Both the position numbers and the translations under genes were made by a program. From the human T2T-CHM13v2.0 reference genome, Homo sapiens: DNA of 64,000 bases. Within the stretch, counting starts at the first letter, position 1; each line of letters begins with the position of its first letter. The DNA lies in the NCBI RefSeq assembly GCF_009914755.1, contig NC_060947.1; one strand, written 5' to 3'. The notes under the pieces are model-generated. The model did not search any database. It was not told where the DNA came from and saw nothing but the letters and a program-made list of their open reading frames with translations. Shown here in pieces: positions 40,446 to 53,290 of the stretch.

Positions 40446-40851
40446 ATGAACCAGGAGAATAGGTCCAGTTTTTTTTGGCTCCTTGTAATTTTTACCTTTT
40501 TACTTAAAATTACAGCATCTTTTTCAATGAGTGCCTATGTGACTGTGACTTATTACAATGAAACCAGCAACTACACTGCAATAGAGACATGTGAATGTGG
40601 CGTTTATGGATTAGCTTCACCAGTGGCTAATGCTATGGGAGTGGTAGGCATCCCTAAGAACAATAACTACCAAGCTTGTGACCACAACACTGAGTTTAGT
40701 AATACTAAGAAGCCCTGGATTGCGCTGATAGAAAGAGGTAATTGTACATTTTCAGAAAAAATTCAAACAGCGGGCAGAAGAAATGCTGATGCTGTTGTGA
40801 TTTACAATGCTCCAGAGACTGGCAATCAGACGATACAGATGGCAAATTTTG
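40446..40851 (+). CDS. RNF128: RNF128 (GRAIL, PA-TM-RING E3 ligase) alternative distal first coding exon (isoform 2): signal peptide + PA domain
   Basis: ATG at 40446; hydrophobic leader FFWLLVIFTFLL; CECGVYG and WIALIERGNCTFSEKI...AVVIYN PA-domain motifs; TTTG|gtaagt phase-1 donor at 40852; N-terminus MNQENRSS recognised as RNF128 isoform 2. Confidence 0.93.
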
Positions 40852-43214
40852 GTAAGTAATAATTGATTCACAAAGAGAGTTAATGTCCGTTTATCTTAGA
40901 ATGGTATTTCCATCTAGAACTGGTCTAGGATCTGGCAACAAGGTTGTAAAATAATTTTACTTTAAATTTTCTTGCCTGGCACAACTTGTAATTACTTTAT
41001 TATTATTTAATATTTTTAATTAATTTGTTCCAAAGACAGTAGCAATTCATGAAGTGATTCCTATTTTCTTTCATGTTTTCTTAGCAATATAAGTTTCCTC
41101 AGTGGGCATTATATCGTGAGTTGCTTTTTAATAAACTGTGCCTTTACCTCTAAACATTAAAAAATTTAATTTCATTATTAATTTGCACTTCTCAGTTTGA
41201 TTTATTTTCTCCTGCAAAAGGGATTGTATGTTTTCAAGTTTGTGAAACTGCAAAACAGTTTCATTATGCTTAAATAATAGCATATTATAAGTGTGTAAAA
41301 TGTTATAGAAATGAGAACTTGACTCTACTGTATGCTTGTAAGATTTGAATCTTTTTGCGGGACTGATACAAACGAATCTGCAAAAACGTGATATTACCCA
41401 TTGAAAAGTGTATGGCAGAAATAGGATAACACTGTAATTAACAAAGAAAATAAAGATTTCCCTTAGAAATATTTACTAATGGCTTCTTAAGTAAATAGAA
41501 ACTTCTAATTTATTAACTTTTTAAAGGAGTTACTTCTGAAAATCACTGGTTTTTATTTATTTAAAAAAACAGTTTCCAAGTAAATAGATTTTTAAACCAA
41601 TGAAGAAGTAAACTTCTGAACCCCATTTTGTTCACTGTGGATAGGTATGTGTGTTTTTATCAGACTTGGTCTAAAAAAAAAAAGGAATAATTTCAATCAA
41701 GGCAAGCGCTGACAGTAAATGAATACAAAATTTTGATAATTGGTGTTATTGCCAAATTTGGCCTCTAAGAAAATTAATGCAAATTAAATTAAACAGATTT
41801 TAGAATTATGAAAAGGAGAAAATCAAACTTATGTTAAGAATAGTATGGTGCTTGGAATGTTCCAAGTTGTACACATACAATATCACTGTTTGGTACTAAT
41901 ATTTGAAAACCAAACTGCTTATTTCGCTAAGCATCAAAAAAACAAGTAAGATGAACTTCAGCAGTACAAAATTATTGTAGATGTAACAAAACTCCATGTG
42001 CTACCTTTTGTGACACATCCTGGACACTGCAAGAGCTCAGACATTCACATTTTATATTATTTTCTAGCTAAGAGCATTTCATAAGCATTCCCTGCCTGTT
42101 CCTGTGTTTTTACGAGTGACTTTCATTTTTGTAGAAAGAAACTAATGCCATTTTCTGATAAAACTTAGGAATTAAATCTGTTCTAAGGAACCAACTTGCT
42201 ATACATTTAAACTTAGAGATCCTGAATACTCTGGGTTTCCTTTTGCATGAACACATTCTACTTATTCACTCTCCTGCTATTTTTGAAATACAAACAGTAT
42301 CAAACTAAATAGTAGTCCTGTTTTCAAAACTTTCTTTGCAACCTGTATTAGGGACCAATATCTAGTAGAATGTAGGTACCCTGCCAGTAAATTTGAAATA
42401 TTTACCAAAGATCACTCACAGTAAATCTCTCCAAAAGAAACATGTGCATAATCATTTGAATATGTGACTCTGAACAGAGTTTTAAAAAGGAGGCAGTTAG
42501 ACTTATCATTCAATATATACCTCCAATATAACCAAAGACACATGATCAAAAATATTTTAAAGCTACAGTATTGCACCTATTTTAAAATAAACACATTGAA
42601 AAAGATAGCATAATGATCATAACTGTGATAGTTAACATTTACTGGCATTTACTATATTTCAGGCACTGTTATAGTGTGTTTATTTAATGAACATTGTTTT
42701 TTAACATATGATGATATCAACCCCAAAGAATTAAAACTAAATTTGGAATTTTGCCCTTTTAAGACCTGCCAAATAGTGTGCCATTGGATTTTTTCCTTCC
42801 TAGAAATTTCCTTTATATAAAAACTATTCAGTGATGCAGCTGACAAACATAAGGAATCAAGTGTGGATATGAAAACTAGATGACCAGACACTAGATCATT
42901 AAAGACTGTCATTATTTTATGCCAACATTTTGTTTGTTGTTGCTGTCTTTTCACTCGTGTTTTGTTTTGTTTTGACACAGAGGATGGGGGAAATCCTCCT
43001 ACAATAAAGCTCACGATTTCACCTTCTGTCATCTCATCTTGTATTACCCCCTAAAAACCACCTTTTCAGAAAATCACACTGTAGCCCCCTCAGGCCCTTG
43101 TACTCTTCTACTCTTCTCTGGCTCCCCCTACCTCTTCATTCCTTCAGTCCCATTATCCTGTACTAGGTCTTACTAAGCACTTCCACAATGTTGTGTCTCT
43201 CTGCTTCTTTCTAA

Positions 43215-43942
43215 TGTCAGTGCTCTCCAGCCAAAGACCGCTAGCAACAGACCTGTAGTTTAAAAAGGTAGATTTATTACTTGTTGCAGCAATTGGAAGA
43301 GCACACACCATGGAAAACCACAGGGCATCCTACTAAGAGGGTGTTAAAAAGGACTTGCAGGATTTGGGCTTGCTTATGTGTTTTGGGGGAGAGTTGAAGG
43401 AAGATGACTGTTAACCAACCATTCTAGTTTGCTTGAGATTGAAGGTTTCTTGGGATATGGGACTCTTAATGTTAAACCAGGAAATTCCTGGGAAAATTGT
43501 GACAAGTTGGCCACCCTAGCTGGCTTTGTTCTGAACTTGGAGGCTGCCAGTAAGTTGTAATTCTGTGTTTAGGTTTCTAAATAAACCTTTTTTGTAAGTG
43601 GGGAAGACTAGCCCATGGCTAAAGCTGTAATTGGTAAAGAAGCAATAGTTACCCTTATTAGCCAGAATAGAGAGATATTTGGTAGTTACCCTTATTAGCC
43701 AGAATAGAGAAATATTTGGTAGTTTTTGTGGCGAGGACACTGTCCATATTTTGTCTGTGTTCAGACCTGATTATGGAGTGGTCTTTTTTGTTTGTTTGTT
43801 TTGATCCATCATAGTCACAGATTGACCTTCTCTAATGTTGATGTTCTGTGAGATGGTTTATATTCAACAAGAAAATGTCAAGGCTTAATTGAGAGTGCCA
43901 GGCTAGGTCCTAAATATCAGGGGCAACTTGTCTCTTTCTCAC
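43215..43942. mobile_element. Degraded ERV LTR relic (family uncertain)
   Basis: tgtcagtg...ccaaagaccgctag...gatttattacttgttgcagc LTR-like start and ctctttctca end. Confidence 0.45.
43408..43518. mobile_element. MER81-like hAT-Blackjack MITE inserted in the LTR relic
   Basis: accaaccattctagtttgc...aagttggccacccta TIR pattern. Confidence 0.65.
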
Positions 43943-45039
43943 TGAAAATCTACTTCACCCACCCTCGTACTGTTGTGCAAATATATTCTCTTCCCCCATG
44001 TCCTTTCACATTTCTGTGCCTCCGCATCCCTTATAGGTTGCCTTCAAGGGACCTGATAAGTCTAAGGGATGCTTCCACACTCCTTGCCTCACATGGTTTC
44101 ATGATTTAAATACAGAATGTCCTTACTCTTGAGTCCAGTCTATTTACAGCCTCCCTACTAAGAGTGTTATTTTTCTGAAGGGGATAATTTCAGTTTGAGA
44201 ATAGCTTCCACTGAGGAAGAATAGTGTATAGCCTAATAATTGGAGGTAAACTTCTAACTCAGTTTCCCATTGTGCTGTGTCCAGTATCAGTTTCCTAATT
44301 TGCTCTTGGAGTTCTCCTTTGGGTTATATTCTGCATTGGTGAGTATATCTCTATCTATCTACACACAAACATATATGTATATATACATATATTTTCATAT
44401 TCTAGCTTACCAGAAGGAATAATGGGATTTTGACTCGGCATTTTGATGAGGTGGGAAATAAAAGGATATGTTTACCATGTTCTTAAGTAAGTATGTAACT
44501 TCCTAACAATCTTTTCCGAGCACTGCAGACATGGCCTTTCAGTTCTATTCTAGAGATGCAAGAAAATTCAGGACTCCTGAGTTATTCAAGCAGAAGACGC
44601 GTAACATGTTAAGTACTTGCTTGCTGAGCAGACAGCTTTGGAAGTTAAATATGTTATTTTTAGGTAAAATGTCTTAAGAAATGCTTAGATTTGGATGTAG
44701 TTTATATCAGCAAGGTCAGTAATTTGGGAGGGATAAAATGGTTTTTACGTTTTATCATTTCAGCTGTGTCCAACGAAGTGGATTAGAGTCAAGTGTGCGG
44801 CATTCAGAATCTCCAAAACTCAACCAATTCCAGAGTAGTGAAGTGCATGAAAAGGAAGGGTTTAATTATAGCAGCAAACTCACATGCTTTATAAAAATGT
44901 TTTTCTAGAAGTAAAAGGGGAAATAAAAGCATGGTATATAAATGAAGTGAGAAGATGACAAAAAACTTCGGTAAAACTAACTCAGATATGTACATAAAGA
45001 AGAGCTTAATTCAAGAAAACTAATCAGTTGCATTTCAAA

Positions 45040-46910
45040 TGAGCCTCAAATCTGTCTAATTCTGTGCATCTCCAAGACACCACTCACTCTATCTTAGACC
45101 TCTACAACAGCTTTCCAGTTGATTTCCCTGCCACTCTTTTCCCCTTCCAAGCCCAATCTCCAGACTGTAAGCCAAAGTGGCTTTTTAGAGAAAATAAATC
45201 TCATTCTGTTTAAAATCCTTCCGTGGCTTCCCATGACACTCAGGGTAAATTCAAACTTCTTTCCAAGACTTTATCCAGCTCTGAATCATCTGGCCTACTG
45301 CTGTGACCTCATTTCCTCTCACTCCCTCCTCTTCTACTCACTGAACTCTTGCCACACGGGACTCCTTTCAGTGCCTCAATTCCACTAAACATTTCCTTGC
45401 CAGACAGCCTGAAAGTAACCCCTGATGCCTTCCTCATCCTCGCTCCCACATCTCATTAAACATAAAGTTCTCTTGATCCTACCTCCAAGCATTTCTTAAG
45501 TCCATTCACTTTTTCACCTCTGCTGCCTCCATCCAAGCCCAGGCCAAAATCATCTCTCACCTGGACCACTGCAATAGCTTCTTAAGTGTTCTCTCTTGCT
45601 ATTCTCGCCCCTCTGTAGCACATAGCAGCCAGAGTGATCCTGTGGAAAATGTAATTCCACCCCAGTTAGAATAAAATCCAGGCCTTGAGCCTAGGCCTAC
45701 AAGGTTTGATGCTAATCATGTACAATCAGACCTTATCCTATGCCCTTCTGCCCTGCATTACCATGCCTCAGCGACTCTGGTTTTCTCTCTGTTTTTTAAC
45801 AAAGAGAAATAAGCGCAAGCTTTTGTACTTGCTGCCTCCTCTGCCTGAGTCACTTCTCCTTCATTTTTTTTTCACATAACACTGCCTCCAAAATATAACC
45901 ATGTCTATCTACTACCACTAGTCTAGTACAGGCTACCGCCAGCTCTCGCACTGACTACTGCAAATAGCCTCCAAACTGGGCTCCCTGCTTCTACTCAACC
46001 TACCCCATATATTCTCTACACAGAAGCCAGAGTGATCAAAACATATAGGTCGATCACATCACTCCTCTTCTCAGAACTCCCCAGTGACTTTCCATTGTTC
46101 TTCAAATAAAGTCTAAATTTTATCAGGCCTAAAAGGAGTTGCATGATCTGGCCTCTGCCTATCTCTCCAACCTAACAGTCTACTCTTTCCCTCTCCCTCA
46201 CAATGCTTCAACCACTCTGATCTTCGGACATTTTCTCCAACACGTGAAGCTTTTCCTGCGTGGGACACTTTTTACTTGCTTTGCTCTCTCTCACCACCAT
46301 CGTTATCACACATAACAGGTACTCCATATACCAGTTTAAATGTTTCTTCTAACGGGTCTCCCTTGACCTTATACATATTATTTTCTATCAAAACCTTCAG
46401 GTCGTTCTTGTTAAAATTTATTTTAATGTATATTTTCTTTTTTAATTTATTTTTTAAATTTATTTATTTAATTTTTTTTTTTTGATACGGGTCTTGCTGT
46501 GTCACCCAGGCTGGAGTGCAGTGACACAAACAAAGTTCACTGAAGTCTCGAACTCCCTGGGCTCAAGCAATCCTCCTGTCTCAGCCTCCCAAGTAGCTGG
46601 GACCACAGGCCTGTGTTATCACACCAGGCAATTTTATTTTATTTTTTTAGAGACAGGGGTCTCACTGTGTTGCCCAGGCTGATCTTGAACTCCTAGTCTC
46701 AAGTAATCCTTCTGCCTCGACATCCCAAAGTGCTGGGATTATAGTCGTGAGCCGTCGCACTTGGCCTAATTATTTTCTTACTTGTTTATTATTTGTTTCT
46801 CCCACTAGATTGTAAGTTCCAGGAAGACAGAGACCACGTCTGTCATGTTTGCCATTGTATCCATTGTACAGAGCATAGTGCATGGTCTTCACTATTTGCT
46901 CAATGAATAA
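45040..46910. mobile_element. Cluster of L2 fragments (interrupted by an Alu)
   Basis: Repeated L2 motifs (cagccagagtgatc; cactagattgtaagttcc; tatttgctcaatgaat). Confidence 0.65.
46435..46766 (-). mobile_element. AluJ
   Basis: Antisense Alu dimer with T-rich tail. Confidence 0.88.
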
Positions 46911-47004
46911 AAGTTTAAGAAGCTACAAAACAATTCTCTTTTATATGTGAAAAGATGGACAAGTTGAAATGAAGTTTGGTAAATTTGGCAAACTATTGTA
47001 TTTT

Positions 47005-47810
47005 TTAAATTGTTTTTATTTTTACTGATACAAGTAATAAATGAGTAGTTTCTCCTATAAAAAACACTAACAATATAACTAAAGTCTCCCCTTGACTACC
47101 ACCCCCAATTCCAGCACCTTTTCAAGAGATAACTATTGCTATTCATTCAGTATGTAACCTTTCAGACTTTTTCTATTCATTTTTGCATATATACGTACAG
47201 AAAACACGTAGTCAATTTGTGTTTTATTTTTAATATTAACAAAGTTATTCTGTAGCTTGCTTTAGCTACTCAACAATAGGAACTGGAGTTATGTTCATGT
47301 CAGTAAATTTGTATTTAAATCAAATTCATTCTTTTAACTATTGCATTATATTAATATTGCACACACACACATAATTTATTTAACCAGTCCCCTAGCAATG
47401 GACATTTGGGTTGTTTTCAGTGCTGCTCTTTTACAAACAATACTTCAGTTAACATAATTATTGCTGATACATAAGAAAGCTATTGATATTGATCTTGTAT
47501 CACTATTGTTGACCTTGCATCTGACCACCTTGTTGAACTCCTATTAATTTTATTAATTCATCCATTGATTCTCTTGAATTTTCAAGATAAGTGATCATTT
47601 TCTCTAGAAAGTTTTGCTTCTTCTTTTATTTTAATTCTACCTCTTAATTTTTCCAATGGTCTTATTCCATTGTCTAGGGCTACAATAGTGATAACAGTAT
47701 ACATCCTTGACTTGTTCTTGACTTTACTAAAAAGTGCTCCCACCGTTCTATCATTGAGTATGTTATTTGATAGAAGCTTCTGGGAGATAGTCTTTATCAA
47801 GGTTCAGGAC
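47005..47810 (-). mobile_element. Degraded L1ME
   Basis: atttatttaaccagtcccctagcaatggacatttgggttgttt and similar old-L1 motifs. Confidence 0.55.
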
Positions 47811-49754
47811 TTCAGTAAGATTTTTTAATTTTGTTATTCTTATGGCTTAACTAGAATATGAATATATATGTATATATGCATATATGTTTGTGTGTCGATA
47901 GATACAGATAGAGTCACCATGTAGGATATGCCCAAAAGGGAAATCCAATAGTTTACTGTTAGCTTGGGAGAAATAATAAGGTGGTATACAGAAACAATAG
48001 ATGATCTCCATAAATTAGGTATGGAAAGAAGAAACAATAGGTAAAAGGGACAATTTTGGGTTATTTTCCAAATACAATTTTATTAGTGCCCTGGATAAAA
48101 CAATTGAAAAAGAAATTTCATTGTGACTCCGAGTTGAGTGTCAAGTTGTAAGACACAAACAAACAGTAAAAGCATCTTGACAAGTTAGGAAAATTATTTA
48201 TTAAAAACAAGATGAAGTACCATGGTGAATAGTAAAGAATAATAAATGTAGAGACAGATATAAAATAGAAATATATGGGCAAAAAAGACAGGTTTCTAAG
48301 CAAAATATTTGACAACTACATTGTACCACAAGTCAACTAAAGAATGACACAGTTATTTAAAAAATTGACATGATTATGGGATGTATTAGTAAGTATATAA
48401 CATGTTACGCCTGGAAAATAACTCAGCTATGCTTGGAATTCATGAATCTCTGAAACATCATAAGCTTTTTTTTTTACCTGACTTACAATAACAAATTATT
48501 TTAGTACCTCTTTTATGCTTTCACACAAATGCCCAGGTGCCCCCCTCCCCTGGGTACAGGCACATACAAACATAATTGCATAAAAATGTATGTTTATAAG
48601 GAAATCAAGATATAGTACCTCTGGGCACCAGTTTCCGGATAAAAACAAAATGAGTAAATTTACTGTGAGCCCTTTCAAGTACATTTCATCTCCCTTTTCT
48701 CCATTTTAAAATCAAAGAACATTTTGAAAGCATCTAAACATGTGCCATTTGTTCATTAACATATCCTTTGCTTAACTCTTGGCCTCTTCCTCCTAAATTT
48801 TTAATGTTTCATTTATTATGTTATGATTTGCTGCTCAGACATAGATTTCCCCCAGAATTACTTGCAATTATTAGAAAAGAGTGTGTGTGTAAATACACAC
48901 AGAACAATGCCTGAGCCTATATAAAGTAGGCTACTTCCTCTTAAGTACTCTCTGTCGCTCTCATTTCAGCAGTCCTCAGTTCATAAGTGCTCTTACCCCA
49001 GCTACCTCTCTTCCTTCATTCGAAGAGTACATTCCCTAGGCAGCAAGGACATCATATAAACAAATTATATCTGTTTCTGTCTAAACTTGCAAGTTTTATG
49101 TGCTACTTATTTAGAAAATTGTTCGATATTCAGGTGCTATTTTGATAAAGTTGGGGGAAAGATTTACTTGTTGCACCTAGAAACAACATGCCTTAAAAGA
49201 AAAACAAAACAGATTTCTTACTGGTGATATCAGGACCTTTGACAGAACAGTGGAAGAGTGAATTCCAGGAGATGATGTTTCAGAGTGTCCCTCATCACAT
49301 CATGCAAGCAACAACCTGTTCCACCTATGCTCAGGACATGCTTTGAGCACACAAATATTCAACAGTATAGTAATGTTAATAGTCATGTAAATATTTAACA
49401 ATATAGTAATGTTAACTGTAACTTTTTAGAGTTTTAGATGTATATCATATTTTTGCCTAAATTTTTAATGACATATATTCTCAGCATGACCTAGCTAATG
49501 ACCTCAATATGCAATGATAGTAACACAATGTAGTTAAGTGAATTCGTCTCTAGCAATAATCAATACATTGACATCTCCCCCGTGGAAAGAACAAAGAGAA
49601 ATGAAAATTTCCTTAATAATTCACTTGCTTTCCATTTATATTTTAAATGACTGTCTCAGCATCATTTCTCATGATAAATTGGAACTCTTTATTTCTTTCA
49701 GTAATGTACCTGTTAAAGTATCTGTTTTTCCTTCCCCTTTATGAAGGCAGTTGT

Positions 49755-49995
49755 TAATTGTAAGTACTCTGTTAACTATGTGCCGAGCATTCTTCTCAGT
49801 GTAATCATCCCAACAACTGCTATGAGGTACATAGTGTCAGTATCTCCATTTTATATATAAGAAAACTGAGACACAGAGAGATTGGTTAAATTCGCCATGG
49901 TCATACAGCTAGTACGTTTCAAAGCTGAGATTTGAAACCTAATATCCTAATAATTAAGAGTCTGTGCTCTTAATCAGTACACAATACTACCTCTC
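49755..49995. mobile_element. MIR SINE
   Basis: atctccattttatatataagaaaactgagacacagagag...ggtcatacagctagt core. Confidence 0.72.
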
Positions 49996-50596
49996 CAGTG
50001 AGCATATACTATGGAAGGCACTGTAAAAAATGGTACAAAAATATCATCATTGCCCTCAAGGAGGGAAATGTAGTCAGGGGACTAATATTTACGCAAGTCA
50101 TAAAAGGCAGACTAGAAATGTTAAGGTTATTAGAACTGAAGCAATTAAGAAATTGTAAAGGTCAGAGTGTTGGAAGGGTCATCAACATAGAAGGTGATAG
50201 CAGAGAAGTCAAAGACCAGTACCGGGAATATGAAAGTGAGAGAGTTATAGGATAACCAGTCAGAAAGTGGGATATTTCTGTTAGGATTTTGGAGGTTTAG
50301 CAGATTAGGATGCTGATAATATACAGAGTATGGCCATGGCAGTGGGGTCAATAAAGTGGAATGGCAACAAAAATTCCTGAAGTTAAACCACACTGAGGAC
50401 AGAATGTTGGGTGATGGAAAGATTTGAGGGTGAAAAGGATGGCTGTGATCCAAATGATAATGTCTTCGATAAATGTGTGAAAATTACTGGGAGGTTGGTC
50501 CATGGCCAAGCAGAGAGGAAGGTAATAGAGGTTATTAAAACCAAATGCTGTTGAGTCTCCAAGAAGCAGATTTTGATTCATAAGAGTGGGGGAGTA

Positions 50597-51045
<449 letters not shown>

Positions 51046-52974
51046 TCAGGAAGCACAGGGAACCCACAGTGAAGAGAAGATGAGGAAAGTATACAAGTTA
51101 AACATCTGTCATGTAACCAGAGATCTAGAAGACACATGGAAACTTTTAGGAGAGGAGAAGTAGAAGAAAGTAATGAGTAGTACAGAGAGAGGAGCACAGA
51201 AGTGAATAGTAAACAAATTAGCTTCCATTTGGGAAACTAGCTAAGGATGGAATGAATGTGATACCAGGTGGCAATAATGTAAAGATTAGAAACAAAATTC
51301 TGGAGTAAATTTGTCTCAGGCAAGTATGGTACTTGGTTTATCAATGTAAAGGGCTGGCATTGTATATGAAATGTAAGAGCATTATTCACAAGGGAGCAGC
51401 CACTCTTGAAGGAGCTGGCAAGGGCAGAGCTGAACAGATTAGAGGTGAAAATGTGAATAAATTTAAATCACAAGGGTTTGTTCCTAGAGCTATGATTGTA
51501 GATCACAGGGATGGAGAAGCATGTCAATGTTTGGGCAGGGAGGTAGGGTACGGTGGAGGGTAACAAGTGCTAAATGACCTGAATATAAAACTAACCCGCC
51601 CTAGGTTTCCAAATGGAACTGCTTTATAGTCTTAATCCAGGTACAAGTTGGTCCTTGACTTGAGTGTCACCTGGGTATCTGGAGGATGTTGCATAAAAAT
51701 AGGAAATCATTATAAGAAACAAGCACATGAAAAATTATTTGGGGCTCTTTTAATAAATCAAATGGCTGGAAAATGATCTGTTTGTTATGACTAATGCTAA
51801 TTACCTATCTGCATTGAGGAGATTAGGATTTTAGTAAAAACTGGTAGAAACTTAGTCAAGGCCTTAGGATGTCAAAATTGCAATCATTAAATGCCCGGAT
51901 ACCCTGCATTCCAGAATTGAATTAAATCCAATCAACATTTACTTATGTATATTTTTAGCTTTTAAATGGAATTGTAAATTGAGTTCTTTTCCTCAAAGCA
52001 GTCAATTCAGCAGAGGAAGAGAAGTGTACAATCAGTCAAATAGGATGTTTGATATTGTTTTAGCTCTAAAAATGTCAGCATGGACCGAATAACCATTTTT
52101 CAGAAATAATTTTTCAACTGATTTTTTTAGCCTCATATAGGATGCAGCCAGCATCTAAATGCTCAGTTAACTTATGTATAGCAAGATTAGCTGCAGTTGG
52201 AGGCCACAGTAGTTACATCTGAGAAATGTAGTACCATTTCAACCATACACACAGGCAAATGCTCTTAGAAAATTAGTTTTCTCAAAAAGCCAGGATATGC
52301 AAAATGACCATATTTACCAAAGGGCTTTGTGAGGACTCCTTGGAGCAGAACTCAGAGAGAGGTGGGTAAATCACATGTTGGTTAGAAGAAGGAGTGTGAT
52401 TTGATTGTTTCACAAGGAATACATCTTTCTCACCTGAAAGCTGCTGTTCATTACCTCAATAAGGGCAGCTTAAAGGCTTAAAGAAGGCCTACAGAGAAAT
52501 ACTAGGCCTCTAACCTGATGCATTACCACATGATACCTCCACGACATGGGAGACCAAGGGATGAAGAGAAACCCTAGGGTATGAACCCCTGGGTTGCTAT
52601 TAATTCTTGTTTACTTGTCCATAGCCTTGGCCAAGGGTAGCTTTGCAGTGTGGCTAGGAGGAAATCTCTTAGGGAGAGCAAGTTCTGGCTGACAATTGGA
52701 TTTTCCAAATTGGGAATAAAAGAAGGCAAAACTGTGATTTTTGTAAATCTAAAAAACAATGTGGATTTGTTTATACACATTTTATTTGTATCATTTCATG
52801 TTAAACCTCAAATAAATGCTTCCTTATGTGAAAAAAAAACAAAAAAAAACAAGGGTTTACTTATTCACTCAACAAATGTTTACTGAGAGCCAAATATTTG
52901 TCCTCCCAAGTTTTACATTTCATAGTTCTATCTCTGAAACTTCAAGCATGCATGGCTTCTACCAGAAGCAGTGA

Positions 52975-53290
52975 GATGTAGTAGTGATTCAAAGCATGGG
53001 CTTTGTAGGGGGATAGACCTGGGTTTGAATCCCAGATCTACTGTTTGTTTTCTAGCTGTGTGATCTTGGTCTAGTTACTTAAACACTCTGAATTTCAGTC
53101 TTCTTATCTCAGTCATCTCATCTGTAAAATGGGAATACTAGCAATACTACTTTAAACGGCGAAAGATGTATAGGATCTGAAAAGAAATAAGAGTATGTGG
53201 TACTACTTTATATAGGGTGGTTGTAAGGATTAAATTACATAATGCATATAAAGAAGGCACTTTGCACAATGTCTATTCTATAGTAGACAG
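52975..53290. mobile_element. MIR SINE with internal insertion
   Basis: agacctgggtttgaatcccag...ctcatctgtaaaatgggaata...ggttgtaaggattaaat. Confidence 0.75.
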
